Assembly: GCA_016722065.1 (NCBI GenBank)
Contig: JADKGX010000002.1
Location: forward strand, 202,256 to 266,255
Length of the DNA: 64,000 bases
Source of the DNA: Planctomycetota bacterium
Lineage (GTDB): Bacteria > Planctomycetota > UBA8742 > UBA2392
Direction of reading: 5' to 3'
Of the stretch, positions 19,069-28,103 are shown piece after piece. The stretch's first letter is position 1. Each line of letters opens with the position of its first letter. A program made the translations under genes and the position numbers. A model generated the notes under the pieces. That model ran no database searches. It saw nothing but the letters and a program-made list of their open reading frames with translations, and was not told the DNA's origin.

Positions 19069-19073
19069 AGATT

Positions 19074-19685
19074 CTAGCCACCCCACGCCTTCATGCGGGC
19101 CGCGACATCGGCTTCATCCTGCGGCCGCAGATACTCCGCAAAACTGTCCCATGGCACAAACAGCAGGTGTTCCTCCTGCCCTGGCGCGGCACTGAACTGC
19201 GATGCCCGGCGCACCTCAAAGGCCAGGCAGCGATAATCGGGTTCCGTCTGCCCGGGCAGCGGCTGGTGGCGCAGGTGCCCGGCGGGCGGCTGGCTTGCAC
19301 TGACGATCGTTGGGTGCTGTGGCAGCAACGCCAGTGCCTTGTGCAGGTCGGCGGCGTCGCGCAGCGGCACGTACTGGCGCAGCAGCACAACGGGCACGTC
19401 CTCAGCGCTGCGCTGGCGCATCAAGGTAATGAAGTCAAAGGGCGAAACCTCGCGCAGTTCGTGCTTGCCAATCAGGTGCAGCAGGGTTTCGTCACTCTGC
19501 GCAGTCAGCACCAGAATGCGGTCGGGCGCAGTCACCTGCCGGGCAATGGCCACCTGGTGCTCCAGCAGGTTTCGTCCGCCTGCCGACAACGCCCCCGCAT
19601 CGGCCACGGCGCCGCCAACCAGGCGCATCTGGCGTGTAACTTCAATGGCCACCCAGGGTGTCTGTTGCATGACGCAAGTGTCCAA
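19074..19685 (-). CDS. hypothetical protein, weakly nucleotidyltransferase (GT-A/cytidylyltransferase)-like
   Basis: Its composition is protein-like, whereas the opposite-strand ORF 19047..19712 is Q/R/H/G-rich. There is only loose resemblance to an NTP-transferase fold. Confidence 0.45.
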   Translation of the reverse strand: MDTCVMQQTPWVAIEVTRQMRLVGGAVADAGALSAGGRNLLEHQVAIARQVTAPDRILVLTAQSDETLLHLIGKHELREVSPFDFITLMRQRSAEDVPVVLLRQYVPLRDAADLHKALALLPQHPTIVSASQPPAGHLRHQPLPGQTEPDYRCLAFEVRRASQFSAAPGQEEHLLFVPWDSFAEYLRPQDEADVAARMKAWGG

Positions 19686-19771
19686 GCCGGGGGGCCCAAG
19701 GTCAATCGTTGAACGCGGCTGCGGCTGGCCCGCGCCTTTCGCGGCCTTGCGGGCCCGCTATCATTCGCGCC

Positions 19772-21124
<1,353 letters not shown>

Positions 21125-21146
21125 CCTTGCCGCAACTCCAATTGAA

Positions 21147-21173
21147 AACCGCCCGGCCATTGGCCGGGCGGTT
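21147..21173. terminator. stem-loop terminator between rimO and the OmpA-like gene
   Basis: aaccgcccggcc / ggccgggcggtt is a 12-bp stem. On the minus strand it is followed by GGTTTTCAATT. Confidence 0.6.
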
Positions 21174-21190
21174 GCTTGAGGCGTGATGAT

Positions 21191-21943
21191 TTACTTGCTG
21201 ACCTGCGTTCCGGCGGGCAGACGGCCGATGCTCAGGCCTTCGCTGGTGCCCATGTAGATCTCGACCCGGCGGTTGCGCTGCTTGGCCTTTGCGTCCTTGC
21301 CTGCTTCCACGGGCCAGTATTCGCCGAAACCAGCAACAAAGATGCGGTCCTTGGGCAGACCCTTGGTGGCCATGAAGTCACGAACAGCCATGGCGCGCAT
21401 GATGCTGAGATGAACGTTGTCGCGAATGCCCTGCTTGAGCAATGATTTCACAGGGTCGCTGTCGGTGTGGCCGTCAATGCGGATCACCGAGTTGCTGTCG
21501 CCCATCTTGGACTTCATGCTGTCGGCCAGCTTGCCCAGCGTGGTCTTGGTGTTGTCGGTGAGCTCCCAGGAGCCGCTCTTGAACAACACGCCGCTGTCGT
21601 CCAGGCGAACGCCTACGGCATTGCCGTTCTGAACCCATTCCCAGCCGCCTTTGTCCATGCCCCACTGCTTCTTGATTTCGGCAATCAAGCGATCTGTGTC
21701 CATCTCGGGCGTGTTGGCGGAAGCTTCCTTGATGCCGGTAATCTGGTCGCGCAGGCTTTTGTTTTCGCCGCGCACCTTGGTCAACTCTCCGCTCAGGCGC
21801 GAGTTTTCGGCGCTGACGGCCACGTTGGCCTGCTGTTCGTTCTCCAGGTGCTTGACCACGCGGTCGTATTCATCCAGAGAAACGCAGCCGCCCAGCAGGG
21901 CGACCGCAGAAACCGAGATCAGGGAAAACAGGATTCTCTTCAT
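21191..21943 (-). CDS. OmpA/MotB-family lipoprotein with N-terminal coiled coil
   Basis: Lipobox ALLGGC. The OmpA_C pattern is present (IRIDGHTDSDPV ... NRRVEIYM). AGGAG lies 9 nt upstream of the ATG. Confidence 0.85.
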   Translation of the reverse strand: MKRILFSLISVSAVALLGGCVSLDEYDRVVKHLENEQQANVAVSAENSRLSGELTKVRGENKSLRDQITGIKEASANTPEMDTDRLIAEIKKQWGMDKGGWEWVQNGNAVGVRLDDSGVLFKSGSWELTDNTKTTLGKLADSMKSKMGDSNSVIRIDGHTDSDPVKSLLKQGIRDNVHLSIMRAMAVRDFMATKGLPKDRIFVAGFGEYWPVEAGKDAKAKQRNRRVEIYMGTSEGLSIGRLPAGTQVSK

Positions 21944-22089
21944 GACGGCCGCTCCTGGCTAGGTTGGGTAAGTGCTTGGGCGGCGGACTAAGGTCCGCCA
22001 TGCACAGGTGATCGGCGGGTCGCCCGGCGCGGCTTCAGTTAAAATCGGATTGTGGTCGATCGGCCCTGGCATGGGCCAGTCCCGCGCTG

Positions 22090-23049
22090 CTAGCCACCGG
22101 CGTGTTCGATCTTCTTGCGGGCTTCTGCTGCTTTGCGCTCTTCTTCGGCTTTGCGATCGCGCTCTGCCAGCCGGATTTCCAGCGACAGGTCCTGCAGGTT
22201 GTTCTGGGCCTGGGCGTCTTTCTCGGTGTCGTACAGCGCGTCGCACAGTTTGGCGTCGGCTTCATTGAAGGCGCGGGGCCAGGTCTTTTGCAACTCCTTC
22301 AAGTCATCCAGCGCCGCGCGGCGGTCAGCGGCCTTTTCGGCACGGCGCACGCGCTTGAACTTCAGGCTCTTGACCCGGGCCTCCACCATGCCCTGCAGGG
22401 CCAGTGTCAAATCGGCCTGGCATTGCTTGGTCAGTCCTTTGCTGGCCGCGATCAGTTTGCGCAGGTCGGCAAAGTTGTCCTCGGTGATCAACCCGGCGCG
22501 ATCGCGGGCAACAAACATGAACTCCACGGCGGCGTTCTGGGCCGCGTACCCGCCCTGGGCGACGTGGCTGGTCAGCAGCTTCCAAAATGCCTGGGTGCGG
22601 TCCTCGCCCTCCGGGTCGGTCTCCAGGGCGATGAACTCTTTGGCGACCTGCAGCTTGTCCTTTTGTTCCACATCACTTTCGGGCACCAGAATCGGCTTGC
22701 CCACCAGCGAGTACCCGCCGCTGGACATGGCCTTGAGGGCAAACAGGCCGCGCACGGCCTCGTCTTTTTTGAGGGTGGCGGGGTCAGAGTAGAAGACCTG
22801 CAGGGCCCGCTTGGGGTCCTTGCCGTACAGCACTTGCTCGAGTGTCAACTCGGCGCGGGTCAGGTCACTGGCGTTGACGCGCTGGGCACCGGCAACGCCA
22901 AGCACAATCAAATCACACTGGTCCAGAATCACCCGGCCGAAATTTGATTCCCGTTCCGCGTGCAACGGCGCCGCGCAAGCCAACAAGCCCAGCAGCAGCC
23001 ATGCTGGCAGCGTTTTGAACCTGCTTCCGGTGTTGGCCGTTGCGCTCAT
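22090..23049 (-). CDS. hypothetical secreted protein with charged coiled-coil C-terminus
   Basis: Start MSATAN (cat 23047-23049) lies just after the stop of the M16 gene. Signal peptide LPAWLLLGLLACAAPLHA. Confidence 0.65.
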   Translation of the reverse strand: MSATANTGSRFKTLPAWLLLGLLACAAPLHAERESNFGRVILDQCDLIVLGVAGAQRVNASDLTRAELTLEQVLYGKDPKRALQVFYSDPATLKKDEAVRGLFALKAMSSGGYSLVGKPILVPESDVEQKDKLQVAKEFIALETDPEGEDRTQAFWKLLTSHVAQGGYAAQNAAVEFMFVARDRAGLITEDNFADLRKLIAASKGLTKQCQADLTLALQGMVEARVKSLKFKRVRRAEKAADRRAALDDLKELQKTWPRAFNEADAKLCDALYDTEKDAQAQNNLQDLSLEIRLAERDRKAEEERKAAEARKKIEHAGG

Positions 23050-23056
23050 GGGTGTG

Positions 23057-25873
23057 CTACTTGCCGCCTTCCGAGCCGCCCTCCGAGCCGCCTTCGCTGT
23101 CGTCGCCTTCATCGGGGTTGGTCGCGTCGTCGGCTGGTGTAATCTTGCCAATCGGCCCGGCCAGAACTTCCACCATGCGTTCCGGCACCAGGTGCTTCTG
23201 CGAAACGCGCAGGATGTCTTCCTTGGTTACGGCCTCCACGGCGCTGGTGTACTTGACCATGTAATCCCAGCCCAGATTGTAGCGTTCCATGCTGATCAAA
23301 AGCCCTGCAAGCTGGCCGGTGGTTTCCTGCCCGAACACAAAGCTGCCCTTGAGATAATCCTTGGCGTTGCGCAGTTCCTCGTCGCTGACGGGCTGGGTGC
23401 GCACTTCATCGATCATTTCGTACATGACCTTGAGTGCCTTTTCGACATTGCCCGGCCGCGTGCCGATGTAACCCAGAAAGGCCCCCGGCGTAACGCCCGA
23501 CCCGCCCGTGATGTTGGCATAGGTGCTGTAGGCCAGGCCCATCTGGTCGCGCAGCTTGTGGCTGAAACGGTCCGTGAACCCCGGCGAGGTACCCAAAATG
23601 CTTTCCATGACCAGCAGCGGAATGTAGTCCGGGTCGTTGCGCGTAATGCCCAACGAGGTCAGCCGCAGCATGACCTGGTCTTTGGCCGGCAGGTCGACGG
23701 TGATGCGCTTGGCCTGGGCGTTGACGCGGTCCGGGCGGAAGCCAGCAAGGGCCTGTTCGCCGGATTCGTCGCCCTTGGAATCCTTAAAGAAGAAGGCCTG
23801 GGTACCGCTGCGCGTGGCTGGCGCCGAGAACTTGATCTCGGGCAGCTTCAGCGGCTCTGCGGGGTTTTTCCAGGTGCCGAACTCGGCCTCGAGTTTCTTG
23901 AGCATCGCGTCGGCATCAAAGTCCCCCACCGCGGCAATCACGGTGTTGTCCGGGCGGAACCAGCGGCTGTGCCAGGCCATCAGTTGCTCACGCGTGAAAC
24001 TCTTCAGCGTATCAATGCTGCCCTCCGCGGGGCGGCCCAGCGGGTTTTGCGGGCCGTACACGGCGGCGTTGGCCGCCGCGCGTGAAAACCATGCGGTTTC
24101 GTTCTTGTTCGATTCCATCCAGGCCAGCATCTGGGTGCGGTTCAATTCCAGTTCTTCCTGCGGAAACGTGGGGCGCAGCAGGCCTTCGGCCATCAGCTTC
24201 AGGCTGGCGTCGGTGTACTCGGTCATGCAGCGCATGCTGGCTCCGCTGCCGTCGAAGCTGATTGCCGCGCCAAGCTTTTCAATTGCCTCGGCCAGTTGCT
24301 GCTTGCTGTAGCTCTTCGTGCCAGCTTCCAGCAGTTGGCCCGTGAAGTTGGCAATGCCGAAGTCCTTTTCAGTTTCGGCCGTGCGCCAGGCCCGAACCGC
24401 AGCCTGCACGCTGACCACCGGCAAACCCTGTCGCGGCAGCAGCAGCACGGTAAGCCCGTTGGCTAGTACACTGCGTTTTACGGGCAGGGGCTCGGCCTTT
24501 GCGTCGCCGCTGGTTTCCGCCGGCGGTACGGTCAGTTCCGGCACAATCCAGCCTGTGGCGGTGTTCTGGGGCCGCATGTAGGCCTTGGCAACGCGAACCA
24601 CGTCAGCGCCGGTTACGGCCTTGATCAGGTCGGGGTACTTGATGGCAGCGCGCCAGTCGCCTTCTACGGTTTCGGACTGGCCCAGTGCGCTGGCCAGGGC
24701 GCTGGCACTCTCGCGCTGATAGATGGCGCCGGCGATAAAGCCGTTGCGGGCGCGCTCCAGTTCATCAGCCGTGACGCCGTCCTTGATCAATGCCGCAATC
24801 GCGGCTTCCACGCCCGAGACCAATTCCTCGCGCGTGTGGCCCTGGTTCAACTCGCCGTACATGTACATCAGGCCACTCAGAATATTGGCGTCCTGCCCGC
24901 AGCCAATGCTGGTGCACACCTGGCTGCCATCGACCATGGCACGATACAGGCGGCTGGTAACGCCCCCGCCCAGCACAACGCCCAGCATGTCCAGTGCCGC
25001 GCGGTCGGGGTGGGTTGCCGGGACGGTAAGGTAGCAGCGCCCGAATTCGACAACCTCGGATTCGCTCTTGATCTCGAAATTCGCAGGCCCCTGGAACTTG
25101 ATTTCACTGACTTTGGGGCGGTTCAGTTCCGGCCCGCGCGGAATCTTGCCAAACAGCTCCTTGAGCACCGGCAGAGCCTCTGCACTTGTGATGTCGCCTG
25201 CCAGCACCAGCGTGGCGTGGTTGGGGTGATAGTGCTGTTCATAGAACAGCCGCATATCGCGGCGCGAGATGTCCTGCACATCGTGCGGCCAGCCCAGCAC
25301 CGGGTGACCATAGGGGTGGCGCTTGCCAAAGATGGTGACGCCGATTTCGTCCCACATGCGCGAGCTGGGATTGTCGCTGCTGATGTCGCTTTCGGACTGG
25401 ACGACTTTTTTCTCGCTGTCGAACTCGGTCAGGTCAAGCGTCAGGTGCGCCATGCGGTCGGCCTCAATCTTCATGGCCTCGCGCCAGCGGCTCTTCGGAA
25501 GATCGATGTAGTAGGCCGTGTAGTCGTTGCTGGTAAAGGCGTTGTTGCTGCCGCCGTTGCGCACGGTCACTTTGTCGACATCGCCTACTTTGTAATCCTT
25601 GCTGCCCTTGAACATCATGTGTTCAAGAAAGTGCGCCACGCCGGTAACGCCCGGCTGTTCGTCCATGCTGCCCACTTTGTACCAGACATAGCTGGAAACA
25701 ACGGGCACGCCCGGGCGGTGCACGACCACGACTTTCAGGCCGTTATCCAGCACGGTTTCCGTGATATCGAGTGACTTGGCGGGTTCGGGCTTGGGCTGGG
25801 CCAGCGCGACAGCGAACGTCAGGGCGGCCAGCGCAAAGACAGGCAAGGACTTCCACAAGAGGTTAGGCTTCAC
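23057..25873 (-). CDS. M16-family (pitrilysin/insulinase-like) zinc peptidase, duplicated M16 units
   Basis: Signal peptide, then the HFLEHMMFKGS (HxxEH) motif. 938 aa with a second inactive-type M16 half. GTG start with AAGGAG 8 nt upstream. Confidence 0.9.
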   Translation of the reverse strand: MKPNLLWKSLPVFALAALTFAVALAQPKPEPAKSLDITETVLDNGLKVVVVHRPGVPVVSSYVWYKVGSMDEQPGVTGVAHFLEHMMFKGSKDYKVGDVDKVTVRNGGSNNAFTSNDYTAYYIDLPKSRWREAMKIEADRMAHLTLDLTEFDSEKKVVQSESDISSDNPSSRMWDEIGVTIFGKRHPYGHPVLGWPHDVQDISRRDMRLFYEQHYHPNHATLVLAGDITSAEALPVLKELFGKIPRGPELNRPKVSEIKFQGPANFEIKSESEVVEFGRCYLTVPATHPDRAALDMLGVVLGGGVTSRLYRAMVDGSQVCTSIGCGQDANILSGLMYMYGELNQGHTREELVSGVEAAIAALIKDGVTADELERARNGFIAGAIYQRESASALASALGQSETVEGDWRAAIKYPDLIKAVTGADVVRVAKAYMRPQNTATGWIVPELTVPPAETSGDAKAEPLPVKRSVLANGLTVLLLPRQGLPVVSVQAAVRAWRTAETEKDFGIANFTGQLLEAGTKSYSKQQLAEAIEKLGAAISFDGSGASMRCMTEYTDASLKLMAEGLLRPTFPQEELELNRTQMLAWMESNKNETAWFSRAAANAAVYGPQNPLGRPAEGSIDTLKSFTREQLMAWHSRWFRPDNTVIAAVGDFDADAMLKKLEAEFGTWKNPAEPLKLPEIKFSAPATRSGTQAFFFKDSKGDESGEQALAGFRPDRVNAQAKRITVDLPAKDQVMLRLTSLGITRNDPDYIPLLVMESILGTSPGFTDRFSHKLRDQMGLAYSTYANITGGSGVTPGAFLGYIGTRPGNVEKALKVMYEMIDEVRTQPVSDEELRNAKDYLKGSFVFGQETTGQLAGLLISMERYNLGWDYMVKYTSAVEAVTKEDILRVSQKHLVPERMVEVLAGPIGKITPADDATNPDEGDDSEGGSEGGSEGGK
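23063..23098. repeat. 3 x 12-nt tandem repeat in the 3' end of the M16 gene
   Basis: gccgccttccga / gccgccctccga / gccgccttcgct, encoding the (SEGG)n tail DSEGGSEGGSEGGK. Confidence 0.6.
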
Positions 25874-25895
25874 GGTGACTGCTCCTTTAGATCAA

Positions 25896-25918
25896 CGGGC
25901 GCCCTGGCTGGGCGCCCG
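25896..25918 (-). terminator. stem-loop between the PEGA lipoprotein gene and the M16 gene
   Basis: cgggcgccc-tggct-gggcgcccg is a 9-bp stem. The minus-strand downstream sequence is TTGATCT. It may be only a partial terminator. Confidence 0.4.
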
Positions 25919-25946
25919 CATTCCTGGACACTGATACGCGCGGGGC

Positions 25947-26390
25947 TTAGCGCGACTCACTCAAAACATAACGATCAGACGGCAATTCGCGTTGCAGTGC
26001 GAATTCCACGGTAACGCCCTGGCTGCTTGGGGTTGCGGCAACCCAGCGGGTCTGGGGTAGATAGCCCTGCAAGGAAACGCGAAACAACTCGGGCTTGCCG
26101 GTGGCTTCGACCACTACTTCGCGCGAGGGCGTGCTGCCCACGCTGACCCAGATGCCGTCGTCGTTGAACCATTCGACGTTGGCCCCCGGCGGATTGCTTA
26201 AAAACCGGGCGCCGGTTTTGGGAATCATGGCGTCGTAGTTGTCACTGGCGCGCATTTCTGACTGCACGGCGCGTTGCTGGGTGCGGTCAACACCACCCAC
26301 ATCGCCCACCTTGGCGGGACGAACTTGAGAAGCGCAGCCGGCAAAGAACAGGGCCAGTGCAGCCAACAGAGAAAGCCTGATCACGGTCAT
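25947..26390 (-). CDS. PEGA-domain lipoprotein
   Basis: Lipobox LFFAGC. PEGA-like SNPPGANVEW..DG.WVSVGSTP...V...G...F.VSLQGY. Confidence 0.6.
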   Translation of the reverse strand: MTVIRLSLLAALALFFAGCASQVRPAKVGDVGGVDRTQQRAVQSEMRASDNYDAMIPKTGARFLSNPPGANVEWFNDDGIWVSVGSTPSREVVVEATGKPELFRVSLQGYLPQTRWVAATPSSQGVTVEFALQRELPSDRYVLSESR

Positions 26391-26509
26391 GCGTGACTCA
26401 CAGCAAGCGTTACGGGGGTCAACGAAGGATACAATCGCCCAACGCCCCGGAAAGGCGGGAATTTGGGTTCAAGGCCGACGCGCGCGGGCTGCGTTTGGAC
26501 ACGGATTTG

Positions 26510-26538
26510 CGCAGTAACTCAGCCACGCAGTAACTCAG
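26510..26538. repeat. 13-nt direct repeat x2 (cgcagtaactcag, 16-nt period) overlapping the palindrome AGTAAC-TCA-GTTACT
   Basis: Copies at 26510-26522 and 26526-26538. Palindrome at 26529-26543. The whole element is flanked by ACGGAT (26501-06) and ATCCGT (26553-58). Confidence 0.7.
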
Positions 26539-26597
26539 TTACTCCGTGTTCGATCCGTTTGCCACGGCGGGCCGGATGCCTGCGGTCCTTTGGCCTT

Positions 26598-27116
26598 TTA
26601 TGCGGCTGAACTGATGGCTGGCGCTGGTGCCTGGGCCGGGGTGGCGGTTTTTTCTGCCCGGGCTGGTGGCTGGGTTGCCGCCTCTGGTGCGGGTTCTGGT
26701 CGCTTTGGCGGACAAAGTGAGTCGCTGGCTTGCTGGCGCATCAACTCTGACAGGATCTGCAGGGCCTGGGCGCGGCATTCGGCCTTGAGTTGCAACTGAT
26801 TGTCCAGCAGCTCGCGCAGCAGCTTGTCGACGCGAAAGGCAATGCTTGGGCTGATCGTCCAGCGGTGGGGCTTGCTGCCGTCGCTGGCGGCCACGACTTC
26901 AAGTTCGCGGTCGTGAATCGCCAGCAGCTTCTTCCAGCGGGCGATGCTGGCATCAAGTTCCAGACCGTTGCGCGCCGCATAGATTTCATCGGCGGCAAGT
27001 TGCAGGTTCTGGGTGGCCAGGTCTTGTTCGCGCGTCTGGGCAGGCTTGGGTTGCGCCGGAGCCGCCGGCGACGGGATCGAATGATGTTTAGGCCTGACAG
27101 AGTGGTAACGGGCCAT
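26598..27116 (-). CDS. hypothetical protein with Pro/Ala-rich termini
   Basis: Start MARYHS (cat 27114-27116). The central region is helical and protein-like, and the opposite-strand ORFs look like shadows. Confidence 0.55.
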   Translation of the reverse strand: MARYHSVRPKHHSIPSPAAPAQPKPAQTREQDLATQNLQLAADEIYAARNGLELDASIARWKKLLAIHDRELEVVAASDGSKPHRWTISPSIAFRVDKLLRELLDNQLQLKAECRAQALQILSELMRQQASDSLCPPKRPEPAPEAATQPPARAEKTATPAQAPAPAISSAA

Positions 27117-27283
27117 GGCAATAACCTTGCATTGAACCAGCGCAGAGGGATCCACGCTCGATGCAGGAAGCATACAAGTTGCATTGGCAGAAGATCCAAG
27201 CCCCGTCAGGGGCGACACAGGGGTTCCCGCGTTCTGGCCTCTCTGTTACTCCGTGTCTCTGTGTGAAATCCACGACAAGGCCG

Positions 27284-27306
27284 GATCGGGGAAAAGACTC
27301 CCGATC
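27284..27306 (-). terminator. stem-loop after cmk
   Basis: gatcggg (27284-90) pairs with cccgatc (27300-06), flanked by ccgg/ccgg. No clear U-tract on the minus strand. Confidence 0.3.
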
Positions 27307-27324
27307 ACAGCCGGCTTTTCGTTT

Positions 27325-28053
27325 CTAGGCTTTGTGCTGATCCAGGCCGAGTTTGTCTTTGTCGATCTTGCGCGTGCGCATCGCCAGGCGGCTTTTGGCC
27401 AACTTGACGATCGATTCGGCCACCTGGTCGGGGGTCAGGGTGCTGGTATCCAGCTCGACGGCATCCAGGGCCTTGCGCAGGCCACCGTGTTCGCGACTCA
27501 TGTCCAGGTGGTCGCGCTGGGTTACGTCCTTGAGAACTTCGTCAAAGGTGGTTTCCAGGCCGCGCTGCCTGAGTTCCTCAAACCTGCGGCGGGCGCGCAC
27601 CTCGTGGGTTGCGTACAGGTAGACCTTCAGGTCTGCGTGCGGGAAGACCAGCGTGCCCTGGTCGCGGCCTTCCGTGACCAGATCGCCCTGCTGGCCGATT
27701 TTTCGTTGCATGGCCACCAGCCAGTCGCGCACTTCCATGATGTCGGCCACATAGTGAATGTTGCGCGTGACTTCGGGCGTGCGAATTTTGTCGGTTACGT
27801 CCTGGCCGCCAATGCGCACCTTCACGGGGCCGTCCTTGACCAGTTCAATGTCCAGGTTCAGGCTTTTGATCGTGCCCGCCACGGCCTTGGGGTCGTCCAG
27901 CTTGATGCCTGCGCGCATGCAATGCAGCGTGGCGGCGCGGTACATGGCGCCGGTGTCCAGATAGCGCAGCCCAAGGCGCGAGGCCACAAGCCGCGTAATC
28001 GTGCTTTTTCCTGCGCCGCTGGGTCCGTCAATCGTGATGATGTTCTGGGACAT
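27325..28053 (-). CDS. cmk: cytidylate kinase
   Basis: IITIDGPSGAGKSTITRLVASRLGLRYLDTGAMYRA. Carries a basic C-terminal extension of about 30 aa. Confidence 0.9.
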   Translation of the reverse strand: MSQNIITIDGPSGAGKSTITRLVASRLGLRYLDTGAMYRAATLHCMRAGIKLDDPKAVAGTIKSLNLDIELVKDGPVKVRIGGQDVTDKIRTPEVTRNIHYVADIMEVRDWLVAMQRKIGQQGDLVTEGRDQGTLVFPHADLKVYLYATHEVRARRRFEELRQRGLETTFDEVLKDVTQRDHLDMSREHGGLRKALDAVELDTSTLTPDQVAESIVKLAKSRLAMRTRKIDKDKLGLDQHKA

Positions 28054-28103
28054 GTTTAGTTTTGCCGGGTGCCTGGGTGCCTGTTTGCTGGCAGCTTACG
28101 CAT

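Noticed and set aside
22102-25774. Plus-strand ORFs 22102..22947, 22811..24085, 24836..25774
   Set aside because: They are antisense to the secreted-protein and M16 peptidase genes.
26510-26549. Possible CRISPR array or mobile-element terminal repeat
   Set aside because: There are only two 13-nt copies with a 3-nt spacer. No further repeats, cas genes, transposase or integrase appear anywhere in the window. I treat it as a regulatory element instead.
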